A stretch of DNA of 62,760 bases from Octopus bimaculoides. Lineage: Eukaryota. Made by a program: the position numbers and the translations under genes. Shown in pieces: positions 50,488 through 62,760 of the stretch. Within the stretch, counting starts at the first letter, position 1; every line of letters starts with the position of its first letter. The notes beneath the pieces were generated by a model that was not told where the DNA came from, ran no database searches, and saw only the letters and a list, made by a program, of their open reading frames with translations. Location: assembly GCF_001194135.2 (NCBI RefSeq), contig NC_069001.1:29223428-29286187 (forward strand). The letters run 5' to 3'.

Positions 50488-50869
50488 GTTGGCACTCCGT
50501 CGCTTACGACGTCGAGGGTTCTAGTTGATCCGATCAACGGAACAGCCTGCTCGTGAAATTAATGGGTAAGTGGCTGAGCACTCCGCAGACACGTGTACCC
50601 TTAACGTAGTTCTCGGGGATAGTCAGCGTGACACAGTGTGACAAGGCTGATCCTTTGAATTACAGGGACACCAGAAACAGGAAGTATGAGTGAGAGAAAG
50701 TTGTGGTGAAAGAGTACAGCAGGGTTCGCCACCATCCCCTGCCGGAGCCTCGTAGTGCTTTAGGTGTTTTCGCTCAATAAACACTCACAACGCCCGGTCT
50801 GGGGATCGAAACCGCGATCCTATGACCGCGACTCCGCTGCCCTAACCACTGGGCCATTGCGCCTCCACT
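50488..50869 (-). mobile_element. SINE-C, full length, well preserved tRNA-like head
   Basis: Minus strand: AGTGGAGGCGCAATGGCCCAGTGGTTAGGGCAGCGGAGTCGCGGTCATAGGATCGCGGTTTCGATCCCCAG (A and B boxes), then about 300 bp shared with the 33460 and 40980 copies. Confidence 0.9.
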
Positions 50870-51870
50870 ATATATAGATTATTTCAACATCTCAACTTCA
50901 ACAGGCTGCACGTGTTCAATGCAACAGGTAGGCCACTATATCTTATTTCAACCAGTATTCAAAAAGGCGAGTTTTTCCAGCTAAATTAACAAGCATGTAT
51001 GCGCATACTGCTAAAAATTACTTGTGTGACACAATTATGCTATCTGTGCGTTCCCATTAAATATGTACCAGGATAAATGAATGCCGTCTTTTCGATCTCT
51101 GTGAATGTATATTGATATAATAAACACTACCCAATCATTGTTAATCATCAATTAATAAAAGTGTCCCCACCCCAAAAAAACATCAATCATTTTCCATCGA
51201 ATTTTGTTCAAAAGTGTAGATATCCTGCAAAGGAAGTCAGTTCTTTGTTTAAATAAAATCGACCTTTTAAACAGGAAATGTTAAACTTCGGCTCGCCTCT
51301 GTGACAAGTTTGTCTGGTTTACTGTGGATAATATTTGAATCTCACATGAGTTTCACTTTGTTTGTATGATCTATACGTGACTGCATATGTCTTGTTATTG
51401 TCACAATATAATCTTAAACGTGTGTTATATGTTACGTCAGGTGTCATTTATTGAATGTTAAGTTGAATCGATTTCACATGGACCGAAATTACATCACAGA
51501 GATCTTCAGGCGTCGCGGTTCTATAACTAGAAATGAATTATTCATGGAACGTTTAGACAATGGTGTTAAACTTCTTCATAGAGATTTTCAAATATATGAA
51601 AATATTCTTGACATGCTGACCTTAACGTATGGACATCGAGTAAATTGCCAATTACATATGCAGTAGAAACCTATTAAACAACAACAATGGTTTTACAAAC
51701 GAAAATAACTGATACAGGAAGCAAGACCACATGAATCACAAATCGCATTTTCCTTTAGCTACACAACAACAAGCGCACTCAGGCACACGCACACATACAT
51801 TAATAAGTATATGTATATATGCGAGAGTGTGTGTGCATGCACAGGTTCACCAACAAGTGTATGTAAATAT

Positions 51871-51901
<31 letters not shown>

Positions 51902-52618
51902 NNNNNNNNNNNNNNNNNNNNNNNNNNNNNNNNNNNNNNNNNNNNNNNNNNNNNNNNNNNNNNNNNNNNNNNNNNNNNNNNNNNNNNNNNNNNNNNNNNN
52001 NNNNNNNNNNNNNNNNNNNNNNNNNNNNNNNNNNNNNNNNNNNNNNNNNNNNNNNNNNNNNNNNNNNNNNNNNNNNNNNNNNNNNNNNNNNNNNNNNNNN
52101 NNNNNNNNNNNNNNNNNNNNNNNNNNNNNNNNNNNNNNNNNNNNNNNNNNNNNNNNNNNNNNNNNNNNNNNNNNNNNNNNNNNNNNNNNNNNNNNNNNNN
52201 NNNNNNNNNNNNNNNNNNNNNNNNNNNNNNNNNNNNNNNNNNNNNNNNNNNNNNNNNNNNNNNNNNNNNNNNNNNNNNNNNNNNNNNNNNNNNNNNNNNN
52301 NNNNNNNNNNNNNNNNNNNNNNNNNNNNNNNNNNNNNNNNNNNNNNNNNNNNNNNNNNNNNNNNNNNNNNNNNNNNNNNNNNNNNNNNNNNNNNNNNNNN
52401 NNNNNNNNNNNNNNNNNNNNNNNNNNNNNNNNNNNNNNNNNNNNNNNNNNNNNNNNNNNNNNNNNNNNNNNNNNNNNNNNNNNNNNNNNNNNNNNNNNNN
52501 NNNNNNNNNNNNNNNNNNNNNNNNNNNNNNNNNNNNNNNNNNNNNNNNNNNNNNNNNNNNNNNNNNNNNNNNNNNNNNNNNNNNNNNNNNNNNNNNNNNN
52601 NNNNNNNNNNNNNNNNNN

Positions 52619-52688
<70 letters not shown>

Positions 52689-53538
52689 GTGAGAATTTAC
52701 AAAAGCCGAAGACGGGTGTGTAAACAACCACCAAACATGTATTAGTTTAACGCTCGGGAAGTGAAAAAGTCTTTCCGTCTCGATGTATGCGTATATATGT
52801 ATATATGAATCTTTTCTCCCATATATATGTCCTGCTGGCTCACCATACTTTACTCTACTTGTATAATATTCTTGTAATGGAGAGAGAGTGGTAAATCGAA
52901 CTTCATTAACAATATAGAGCCTACTTACCTACCTGTGCTCAGTTATTTAATGATCTTAAAGATATATCTCACGCAACGTTTTATATAACACCACCCATGG
53001 TTGAATAGTTAAGAATCATGTAGCAAATGTACAGCATACCTAATACTATATATGCAGAATTTGCATAATCTTATGTACTGATTGCCAGACACTTTTGTAC
53101 CAAATACTCTGGTAAATCAACCATTTTAACTGAATTTTAGTTTCGCGTTACTTTATCTGTCCTACACATCTTAAACACTCAGAAATCTCACGAAATTTCT
53201 ATGGTAATTGCTTCTTAAGGAATCGTTTATTTCTTCTGGATTACTACTCATTACTCTTATCTCGATACATTTTCTTTCACATTCGAAAATGTAATATGCC
53301 TCTTAATTATTTATTTATTGTCTATGCTGAACATAGAATATATTCATTTCTAGTTACCTAAATAAACCTACGTTTTCTTCTGTCGATCACGCTCTTATTT
53401 TGAAGTATCTCAGTCACATCGTAGATGAACGTTTCAAAATATCAATCACTTATTTTCGCTTATTGTTTCAATTAATCATGAATTTTACCCTCATAAGATA
53501 ACACTAGATATTCCAATCTGTATGCTTGTTCCAATTAG

Positions 53539-53569
<31 letters not shown>

Positions 53570-53839
53570 NNNNNNNNNNNNNNNNNNNNNNNNNNNNNNN
53601 NNNNNNNNNNNNNNNNNNNNNNNNNNNNNNNNNNNNNNNNNNNNNNNNNNNNNNNNNNNNNNNNNNNNNNNNNNNNNNNNNNNNNNNNNNNNNNNNNNNN
53701 NNNNNNNNNNNNNNNNNNNNNNNNNNNNNNNNNNNNNNNNNNNATAAAGTTCGCGATAATACAGATATGAAGTGGATTGTAGTGTTTCTTACATTAAAAC
53801 CCAATCGAATACTATGTATACGCACAAATACACGTTGTT

Positions 53840-53970
53840 ACGTTCGATGTTCAAATGTTGCTGACGTGGACTTAGACTAACATCGTCTGAAGTCGATAAA
53901 TTAACCACCGGTTGAGCACTAAGGGTTCGATAAAATTAATTGATCCCATCCCCAGAAATTACTGCCCATA
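53840..53970 (+). mobile_element. SINE-A, highly diverged fragment
   Basis: GTTCAAATGTTGCTGACGTGGACTT...GAAGTCGATAAATTAACCACC...GGGTTCGATAAAAT. Confidence 0.45.
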
Positions 53971-54775
53971 CGCCAACATTTTTTAATCAATGTGCATGTG
54001 TGTATGTATACATGTGTTTGTGATTATGTGCGCCTCTGTGTGTGTCTGTGTGCCTATATGTATACATGTGATATTAAAACCCCTGCCATGTACAATTTTC
54101 TTAACTCTCACTAGTTTTTGATTTTCTGTATTTGCTTTTGTTAAAACCTAACTGAAAAAAGGTTCTCTGCAGGTATTTGCAAACATTCAGACATACATAA
54201 GTATTTGAGAAAATTTACGCAATTAGTTATGTGTTATTTGTTTTCGTGCGGACATATTGCCAACACTATTTAACTCACAAGCACATTTGGCAACGTAAAA
54301 GAACTAAGACTACGGATTCAATAGTCGGTTTAACTGTAGGTTCTTTTACATATTTCTGCACAATCATATGATATCGATTAACGTTTTTGTCTTACTGTTT
54401 TTTTTTCTCAGCAAATTCTTGTTGTATCAATCAGGCAAATGAATAGCGATTGATAGAAGAAAACACGCAAGCATATAACGTTCTTTTTAGTAAATGTATA
54501 TGAATTTATTCATGTGCATATTTCTCAGTCACACATTTATACGCACAACAACAAACACATAACGTATAAAGATTGAAATTTAGTAGTGTGTCTATATGTT
54601 TGTATCACTTGAGTACCTGTATTTCACAATATAAATGTATGTATGTGTGCATCAAATGCATATGTATTAGGATACGGTTTTATGAATATGTATATATAAG
54701 TAATACTATCTATATACAAACACGTAAACATACAATTTCATATTCTTTTACGTATGGTTTCGTGAAGTATGTCTA

Positions 54776-54930
<155 letters not shown>

Positions 54931-55224
54931 TTAGATCATATATGTGTATATATATACTGTATAATGTATATACCTATATTTACATAGATTGCATATATAC
55001 ATCATGTATATTCATAAAATGTATATATAGAGATAGATAGACAATATATATATAATGTATATATTTATATTATATATATATACATGAGTGTGTGTATGTG
55101 TATGTCTAAATGGAGATAGAGATACCTAAATATATATGCAACGTTCTCTCTTTCACTTTCCGTCTCTCATTCCATATATACATGTATACATACACACATA
55201 CATACATATATAGAGAGATAAAAA

Positions 55225-55275
<51 letters not shown>

Positions 55276-55447
55276 CTATATCTATATCTATATATNNNNN
55301 NNNNNNNNNNNNNNNNNNNNNNNNNNNNNNNNNNNNNNNNNNNNNNNNNNNNNNNNNNNNNNNNNNNNNNNNNNNNNNNNNNNNNNNNNNNNNNNNNNNN
55401 NNNNNNNNNNNNNNNNNNNNNNNNNNNNNNNNNNNNNNNNNNNNNNN

Positions 55448-55493
<46 letters not shown>

Positions 55494-56954
55494 AGAGTTT
55501 ACAATATAATATATCTATGTAGGTATGTGGCAATACATTTTCCTCTCTTCCCACTGATTGCCACCAATAATTTCTACAATAAAAACAATTTATGGAAAAT
55601 ACTTAAGCTTAATATTTGCTATATTTACTCTTATTTTTTTATTTGGCTGGTTTTTTTTACGTCGATTAACATCAGAGTAATGCATATACGTAAATGAGGA
55701 GAATTCTGTCATCTATTAGATCTTCAATCTCAGTTCGCCAGCACTTGCTAAACAATCTTACCTTACTTGTGTAAGCAGATTGAACAGTGTATTCACTTTC
55801 TTTTTCAGTAGAAATAATTGCTTCTCCCGAAATTGTATAATATTGCATAACTTATTTTTGGTCTTCTTTCATAAATCTGCTGACATACAATTTCATTCAT
55901 ACATTTTTTTTGTTTTTGTTTGGCAGTTAACTAATACGGTCGTAATATCTCCAAAGACAATATCTAAACGCAGTACTTTATGGTAGGATATAAATAGATT
56001 AAAAAAAAATGTTGTGACCTGCCTTACACTATAACGCATTTTATGTAACATTCTAAAGTAGGAACAATTATTAGATGATAACAGTTATTTTGTCTAGACG
56101 GAATATTTAGTGTTATGTATAGAGACACACTTAATATTGAATCCGACCGATTATATTGCAAACTAAGACATCATTTGTGATGCAAGTCAACGTATTTGTG
56201 CTCATTATATTTTTCACAATTGTAGTTAAGTATCGTTTCAACTATTCCAGCGCTGAATAAAGTGTTTCGTGTGATTTCTGTCGATTGTTTACATTCTGAG
56301 TTCAACTTTCACCTAGGAAAAACTCCACATTGATTTTGCAGCATTGATTTTGCAGCATTTTAATGTTTTCTGTCATGGGGGGAGAAAAATTGAAGAACAA
56401 CAATTGACGTACATCAATTATTATTTATTAATTCAATACAAATAGACTGCATCCCATTTAACTGCTGTTTCTACTTTCACCTAATCTCACCCCTTACAAT
56501 CACTATTTTAAGTTTTGTCATTTACTTAATGTCCCAAAGATACAGCAACAAAATGGTATGATTACAACTATATTTAACTTATTCCTTTTTCTTCTCTATC
56601 TTCTCCTTCTTTATTTTTTCTTTACTCTGATGATGTTGCACTATTTTGATTGGTTTTGTTACCAAATATTATAAATAGTTATAGCATACCAATGGGAATA
56701 CCATACAACGTTGGTAGCAGAATCATGTTAGAGGGGATGCATTCCATTTGTATTGAATTAATAAATAATAATTGATGTGAGCCAATTGTTGTTCAACTAT
56801 ATTTCTGCATTGTCTGGTTTCTTTAAATTTTGATTCCTGATAAACTAATATTTACTCTTGTCTTTACCTGTAATTTATGAACATAATACGCTTGCATACG
56901 TATGCCCATGGTAAAACCTACTTAAGTACCGGTGGTATATATACATACAGCAGG

Positions 56955-57095
56955 CTTGTTCCAGTTTTCGTCTACAAAATACACGCACAAGTCTTTGGCT
57001 TTCCAAAAACTTGTTATATTAGATGACACTCCCCCAAAGCGGAAAGCAGTGGGACTGAATCCTAAATTATTTGGTTGGGAAGCAAATTTTGTACC
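56955..57095 (-). mobile_element. SINE-B 5' fragment, diverged
   Basis: TTCCAGTTTTCGTCTACAAAATACAC.CACAAGTCTTTGG...GCAGTGGGACTGAATCC...TTGGTTGGGAAGCAA. Confidence 0.6.
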
Positions 57096-57292
57096 ACACA
57101 GACTCGATTAATAGCAACGCATAAGTTCAATTTTCATTTCCAAAATGAGAAAGCTCTAAATGAAAGAGAGGGATTTGCAGAATACACTTTTCTCCCGCAA
57201 ACCCAAGCCTGTGGATCACTGAATAATTTTAACAGAAATCCCGTCTCCCTGGTGGACGTATCTTATATCTAAACACGTTCATGTAAATATTA

Positions 57293-57830
57293 GTTGATGA
57301 TTGCATGGTAAGAAATGTATTACACGACATATTTGTCCAATGAGAGACCTTCGTTTTATATGAAGATATCCAAATATAAAATGTATCACAACTTTTAGTG
57401 AAGAAAACGATGAACAAAATACGGCTGTTATCAATGTTTCTGTTATACTCAACGGGCACACTCGGATTGCTTTTAACAATAAACCTGCTTCATGGGGAAT
57501 TGCCTGCATCTAAATATCGGCAAGGCAACTAGATAACAATGGAGATTTACTATTTTCTATTTACCATGCAGAAAAATTAGAATCTCTTTATACGCTCGAA
57601 ATTTTAGTACCTCAAAATACGCACGAAATTTTAGCGGAGAAAAATTATAACGCTATTTACAGAGAAGGTATCGTAAATCATCTACTCCAAATTACTTCCG
57701 TACAACACTTGAGACGAGTACTTAAAATTAAGTTAATAAATAAATAACTCAGAAACTAGTAAAGCTACTTATGAATATGTGACAATCAACTAAAATGAAT
57801 GACTATAATATGGTAAGAATTGCTGGCAGT
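57293..57830 (+). mobile_element. Possible piggyBac-like transposase relic
   Basis: Weak motifs in the correct order: VDDCMV (57293), YLSNERPSFYMKI, GHTRIAFNN (57475), MNDYN (57801). Compare VDE.LV / Y.P.KP.KYG.K / DN / DYN..GGVD. Confidence 0.3.
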
Positions 57831-58385
57831 TGAGAAAGGAATAATTAATAGTGCACGAAAAGCAGATCGTTAAAAATATAAATGAATTCGTCAAGTAAAT
57901 GCTAAATCGATTACATTATAACAGATTATATGAAAAGTTGTTCATCGAATGGGTGTCAAATATATTACTATTTATTCGATACACATACCTTTAATGAATG
58001 TGAAGAAACGGTCAGTTAAAAAATAAGTTCACGTGGCAATGTAGTAATCCATACGTCACTTACCTAGAAATAAATTACAAAGTCGTATGTATATTTGAAG
58101 AAGGAATTTTATATTCCGAAATATCAAAACAGACTATAGATGATTAAATTACAACAGACCATTGTTGTTATAGTGCATTGTTGTGCCATTCAAAACACTT
58201 CATTCTTTATATATACACACACATAAGATGAATCGAAAGCGCTCACACGCACTAGCAAAAAGCGTCTCCTAAAATAGTTAGTAACATGCTTCTACAAGAT
58301 TTTTTAATGTCTTTAAATATTTTAAAAATCGTCTTTATACTTTAAAAAAATCTGCTTTAAGCAATTTTCACAAAAATTTCCATAT

Positions 58386-58440
<55 letters not shown>

Positions 58441-58950
58441 NNNNNNNNNNNNNNNNNNNNNNNNNNNNNNNNNNNNNNNNNNNNNNNNNNNNNNNNNNNN
58501 NNNNNNNNNNNNNNNNNNNNNNNNNNNNNNNNNNNNNNNNNNNNNNNNNNNNNNNNNNNNNNNNNNNNNNNNNNNNNNNNNNNNNNNNNNNNNNNNNNNN
58601 NNNNNNNNNNNNNNNNNNNNNNNNNNNNNNNNNNNNNNNNNNNNNNNNNNNNNNNNNNNNNNNNNNNNNNNNNNNNNNNNNNNNNNNNNNNNNNNNNNNN
58701 NNNNNNNNNNNNNNNNNNNNNNNNNNNNNNNNNNNNNNNNNNNNNNNNNNNNNNNNNNNNNNNNNNNNNNNNNNNNNNNNNNNNNNNNNNNNNNNNNNNN
58801 NNNNNNNNNNNNNNNNNNNNNNNNNNNNNNNNNNNNNNNNNNNNNNNNNNNNNNNNNNNNNNNNNNNNNNNNNNNNNNNNNNNNNNNNNNNNNNNNNNNN
58901 NNNNNNNNNNNNNNNNNNNNNNNNNNNNNNNNNNNNNNNNNNNNNNNNNN

Positions 58951-58986
<36 letters not shown>

Positions 58987-60753
58987 TATTTATCTGTTAC
59001 ATGTTTCAATCATTAGACTGCGATCATAGTATGGTATCGTCTTGCTGGAAGTTTTAGTCGTATAAATCAAAACGAGGATTATTCTTTCCATGTTTTAAAA
59101 AATGGTACCTATTCAATCGCTCCTTTGAGCGAACCGTTCGGTTACGGTGGCTAAACATGTTAACCATGATTGTCAAGCAATCTTGAGAGCCAGACACAAA
59201 AACGTAAACTCACATAGTCACACACACACATTTTTTAAGCGTCGAAGTAACAGAAACTAGAAGGCATAACAGGAGAATTCCAAGATAAATGTTATGAGCA
59301 TGATGCTGAAAGACGCTCTTTCATGTTAGGGACTTTTTTGTCGCTTCTCGAAAAACACATGTTACTATGAATCCGGTTGCGATATTCCTTGCGCCAAACT
59401 TTGACAAAGGGTAAGTATAAGATGGCTATCTCTCTCATGCGAGGGCCCATAATATGCTTACGTTTAGCTGAGATTTTACATGAATTGCTATGTTGCATCA
59501 GCTCTGCCACTAGTTGTGTGTATATATATATATATGTTTTAACATTTTATCCTTGTTCACCGCATACTTAGTACGTCATCACACATGGAAATAAATCTAG
59601 TTTGTTGAATATTTAGCAGTATTTCCTTTTATTTATTATATCTTCTGTCGTTTCAACATGAGCAGAATTATACAGGATCAATGATCTTGCATCCAATATG
59701 TTGGAAAATGGTAAGTTACATATGTCGGGACACATCAGCCGTATTATTCATTCATTAATAACCGGCAATCACTCAGTAGGATTAGGTTTCTTCATTCTAT
59801 TCATGTCACTGACATTTCACTGATCGACAAAAAGTTTAGCCGTATTTTTGTCTTGATGGAAGCTGCTAAAAGTTCCATATGCATTTCTGCAACTGCGAAT
59901 ATTTTATATTCTTATTTTAATTCCAAATGTTGTTTCAAAACTTTCTTTTTGGAATCTTTCTTACTTTTTCAGGTCGGTTTTGATAATATCGTCTGGGTGT
60001 TTAAAACGTTATTTTCTATATTTTCGCCTATCTTAGCACCATGTCTACATTAATAATACACACACGTACACACATACACATTCAAGCACACACACATACA
60101 CACACACAAACACACATATAAGTATATATGCGTGCGTGTGTATGTATATATTGTTCATATTATCTATACATTGGATCATATATTCGTATCTCCATATACA
60201 TATATATATATATATATGATAATAAAACTAATAATATAGGTTTGTGTATGTGCGTGTGTAAGTGTGTGTGAGTCTGTGTATATGTGTATGTATACGTGTG
60301 CGTGTACGTTTGTACGTCTAGGAGAGAGCGTGCATACGCTTCTGTGAGTGCATATGTTTTCCCCCCATGTATGTAAGCAGGTGTAGATAGAAGTTTCTTG
60401 CTAAAATAGTGGACAAAATGATGTTGTTAAAAGCCTCAGTGGGTTTTGTATTTTAAAAGCAAAAGCATAACTAAATAATACTAAGTACTTAAACGGTTTT
60501 GAGTGCTTCTCCATTTCAAATGCAAAAAACACACAAAAGGAGTAGATGGAGGACGAAGCGGAGAAGCAATAAACAACGACAATAAAGAAGAGATTACAAG
60601 TAACAACGTTGAAGAAGATAAGGAAAACGATGTTGTTGATGCTGTTTATGGCGAAGAAGATGATGAGGTATAAAATAAATAATGTGATGGAAATGATGAA
60701 GAAGTAGAAGAGAAACTAGTAGCAGAAATGTTTATATGTGTGTAGTGGGATGT

Positions 60754-60754
<1 letters not shown>

Positions 60755-60793
<39 letters not shown>

Positions 60794-61790
60794 CAACAGC
60801 AGCAGAAGAAACAAGATGGAAAGAAGAAACAAGAAGAAGAAGAAGAAGAAGAAGAAGAAGAAGAAGAATTAAAAGTAAAAGAGGGAAAAGCAGAAAGACG
60901 AGTGGAAGAAGAAGAAGAAGAAGAAGAAGAAGAAGAAGAAAAGAAGAAGAAGAAGAAGAAGAAGNNNNNNNNNNNNNNNNNNNNNNNNNNNNNNNNNNNN
61001 NNNNNNNNNNNNNNNNNNNNNNNNNNNNNNNNNNNNNNNNNNNNNNNNNNNNNNNNNNNNNNNNNNNNNNNNNNNNNNNNNNNNNNNNNNNNNNNNNNNN
61101 NNNNNNNNNNNNNNNNNNNNNNNNNNNNNNNNNNNNNNNNNNNNNNNNNNNNNNNNNNNNNNNNNNNNNNNNNNNNNNNNNNNNNNNNNNNNNNNNNNNN
61201 NNNNNNNNNNNNNNNNNNNNNNNNNNNNNNNNNNNNNNNNNNNNNNNNNNNNNNNNNNNNNNNNNNNNNNNNNNNNNNNNNNNNNNNNNNNNNNNNNNNN
61301 NNNNNNNNNNNNNNNNNNNNNNNNNNNNNNNNNNNNNNNNNNNNNNNNNNNNNNNNNNNNNNNNNNNNNNNNNNNNNNNNNNNNNNNNNNNNNNNNNNNN
61401 NNNNNNNNNNNNNNNNNNNNNNNNNNNNNNNNNNNCAAGAAGAAGAAGAAGAAGAAGAAGAAGAAGAAGAAGAATTAAAAGTAAAAGAGGGAAAAGCAGA
61501 AAGACGAGTGGAAGAAGAAGAAGAAGAAGAAGAAGAAGAAAAGAAGAAGAAGAAGAAAAAGAAAAAGAAGAAGAAGAAGAAGAAGAAGAAGAAGAAGAAG
61601 AAGAAGAAGAAGAAGAAGAAGAAGAAGAATTATAAGTAAAAGAGGGATAAGCAGAGAGAGGAGTAGAAGAAGAAGAAGAATTAAAAGTAAAAGACGGAAA
61701 AGCAGAAAGACGAGTGGAAGAAGAAGAAGAAGAAGAAGAAGAAGAAGAAGAAGAAGAAGAAGAAGAAGAAGAAGAAGAAGAAGAAGAGGA
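60755..61790. repeat. (GTA)n then (GAA)n array with an embedded higher-order spacer, spanning a gap
   Basis: GAATTAAAAGTAAAAGAGGGAAAAGCAGAAAGACGAGTG recurs at about 60866, 61472 and 61678, with a variant at about 61628, between (GAA)n runs. N run at 60965-61435. Confidence 0.9.
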
Positions 61791-62298
61791 AGACGAGGAG
61801 TTGAAGCAGAAAAAGAGACGGAAGAAGAAGAAGACATGGAAACAAAAGTACAAAGGAAGGAGTTGAAAAAAGAAGAAGAACAGAAGAAGCTTATCAATCA
61901 TGAATGAACAATGATCAAACGAATCTGCATATATTTTGTGACTGATTATTTTCATTTCAACTCTCATAATAACAAGAAATAATTCATGAAAGAGAAAACA
62001 TAAATAATAAAAATATTAGCAAAACTAAAAAGAATCACAAAAAAACAGAGATATTGTGAAATCGATAACGTCAGATAATTCTTTGGAGACGGCGTCTGCA
62101 TTTAGGTGTTAATTATCGGCAATAAATATTTTGATGAAAATAAATTAATAGGAGCAATAAATTATTAATAAACCAATAAGTGAATGACAATAAAGAAAAA
62201 GGTAAATATATTCTATCACCATTAAAACATCAAATAGATAATATAGGATTCTGTATACACACACACACACAAGCACATGGACACACACACACACACAC

Positions 62299-62356
<58 letters not shown>

Positions 62357-62760
62357 CAGTCTATGCATATACACGTACATATGTATAAAAATGTAAATAT
62401 ATATCTACATATTCATGTACATATATACTTATATGTATATATGACTGTTTTTACACACACACACACACACATACATATATATTTGTATAGGTGTTGGAGT
62501 TATAGAAGGACACTAAGACTTCGTTGCTTAATGTTACAGAGAAGGAGGTAAAACTATATATGACACCACAACATGCAATAGTCATAGCATCTTCCGTTTC
62601 CTACCTACAACACCTATTTACGTCACATATTCTCTCTCACATTTCTGTGTCTCTGTGTTTCTTCCGATGCAGATATTTATAGAAGCTTACCTACACATAT
62701 ACTATACTAACTCACATGTCTTCGATATACATACGTATATATATATATATATATATATAT

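Noticed and set aside
50795-50869. tRNA gene
   Set aside because: The tRNA-like sequence continues into a 300-bp body shared with other dispersed copies, and no clear acceptor stem or terminator is present; it is a SINE head.
52690-52785. Possible Penelope terminal-repeat fragment
   Set aside because: Recognised only from vague memory of octopus repeats; no second copy or ribozyme core is present in the window to support it.

Overview
AT-rich, repeat-dense eukaryotic DNA with 14 short assembly gaps, nearly all bounded by microsatellites. The mix of tRNA-derived SINE families and very dense (TA)n/(CA)n/(TAA)n/(GAA)n arrays is most consistent with a coleoid cephalopod (octopus) draft genome; this is inference from recalled repeat families, not a database result. 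I could not identify any intact host protein-coding gene, and almost all tracked ORFs are microsatellite, gap or chance artefacts. The window reads as intronic or intergenic. Supported content: many copies of three SINE families (working names A, B and C; they probably correspond to the published octopus OK/OR1/OR2 families, mapping not verified); a full-length decayed Tc1 element with TIRs and TA target duplication (8345-9585); two further mariner/Tc1 relics; an R4/Dong-type restriction-like-endonuclease LINE 3' end in (TAA)n; a Penelope-like RT plus GIY-YIG relic; a gag-like L1/Tx1-type ORF1 relic; a decayed Ulp1 (C48) protease-bearing ORF of probable transposon origin; and a 320-bp fold-back MITE. 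The most interesting signal is a retroelement 3' tail (...TAGCCCCTTGTGGGCARTAAAGAAATA) that repeatedly joins to the same two positions inside SINE-A heads. One 33-bp insertion has a perfect 13-bp target-site duplication, and a Tx1-like ORF1 sits behind the same target motif. Together these suggest a SINE-targeting, site-specific LINE/SINE system that builds tandem SINE arrays.
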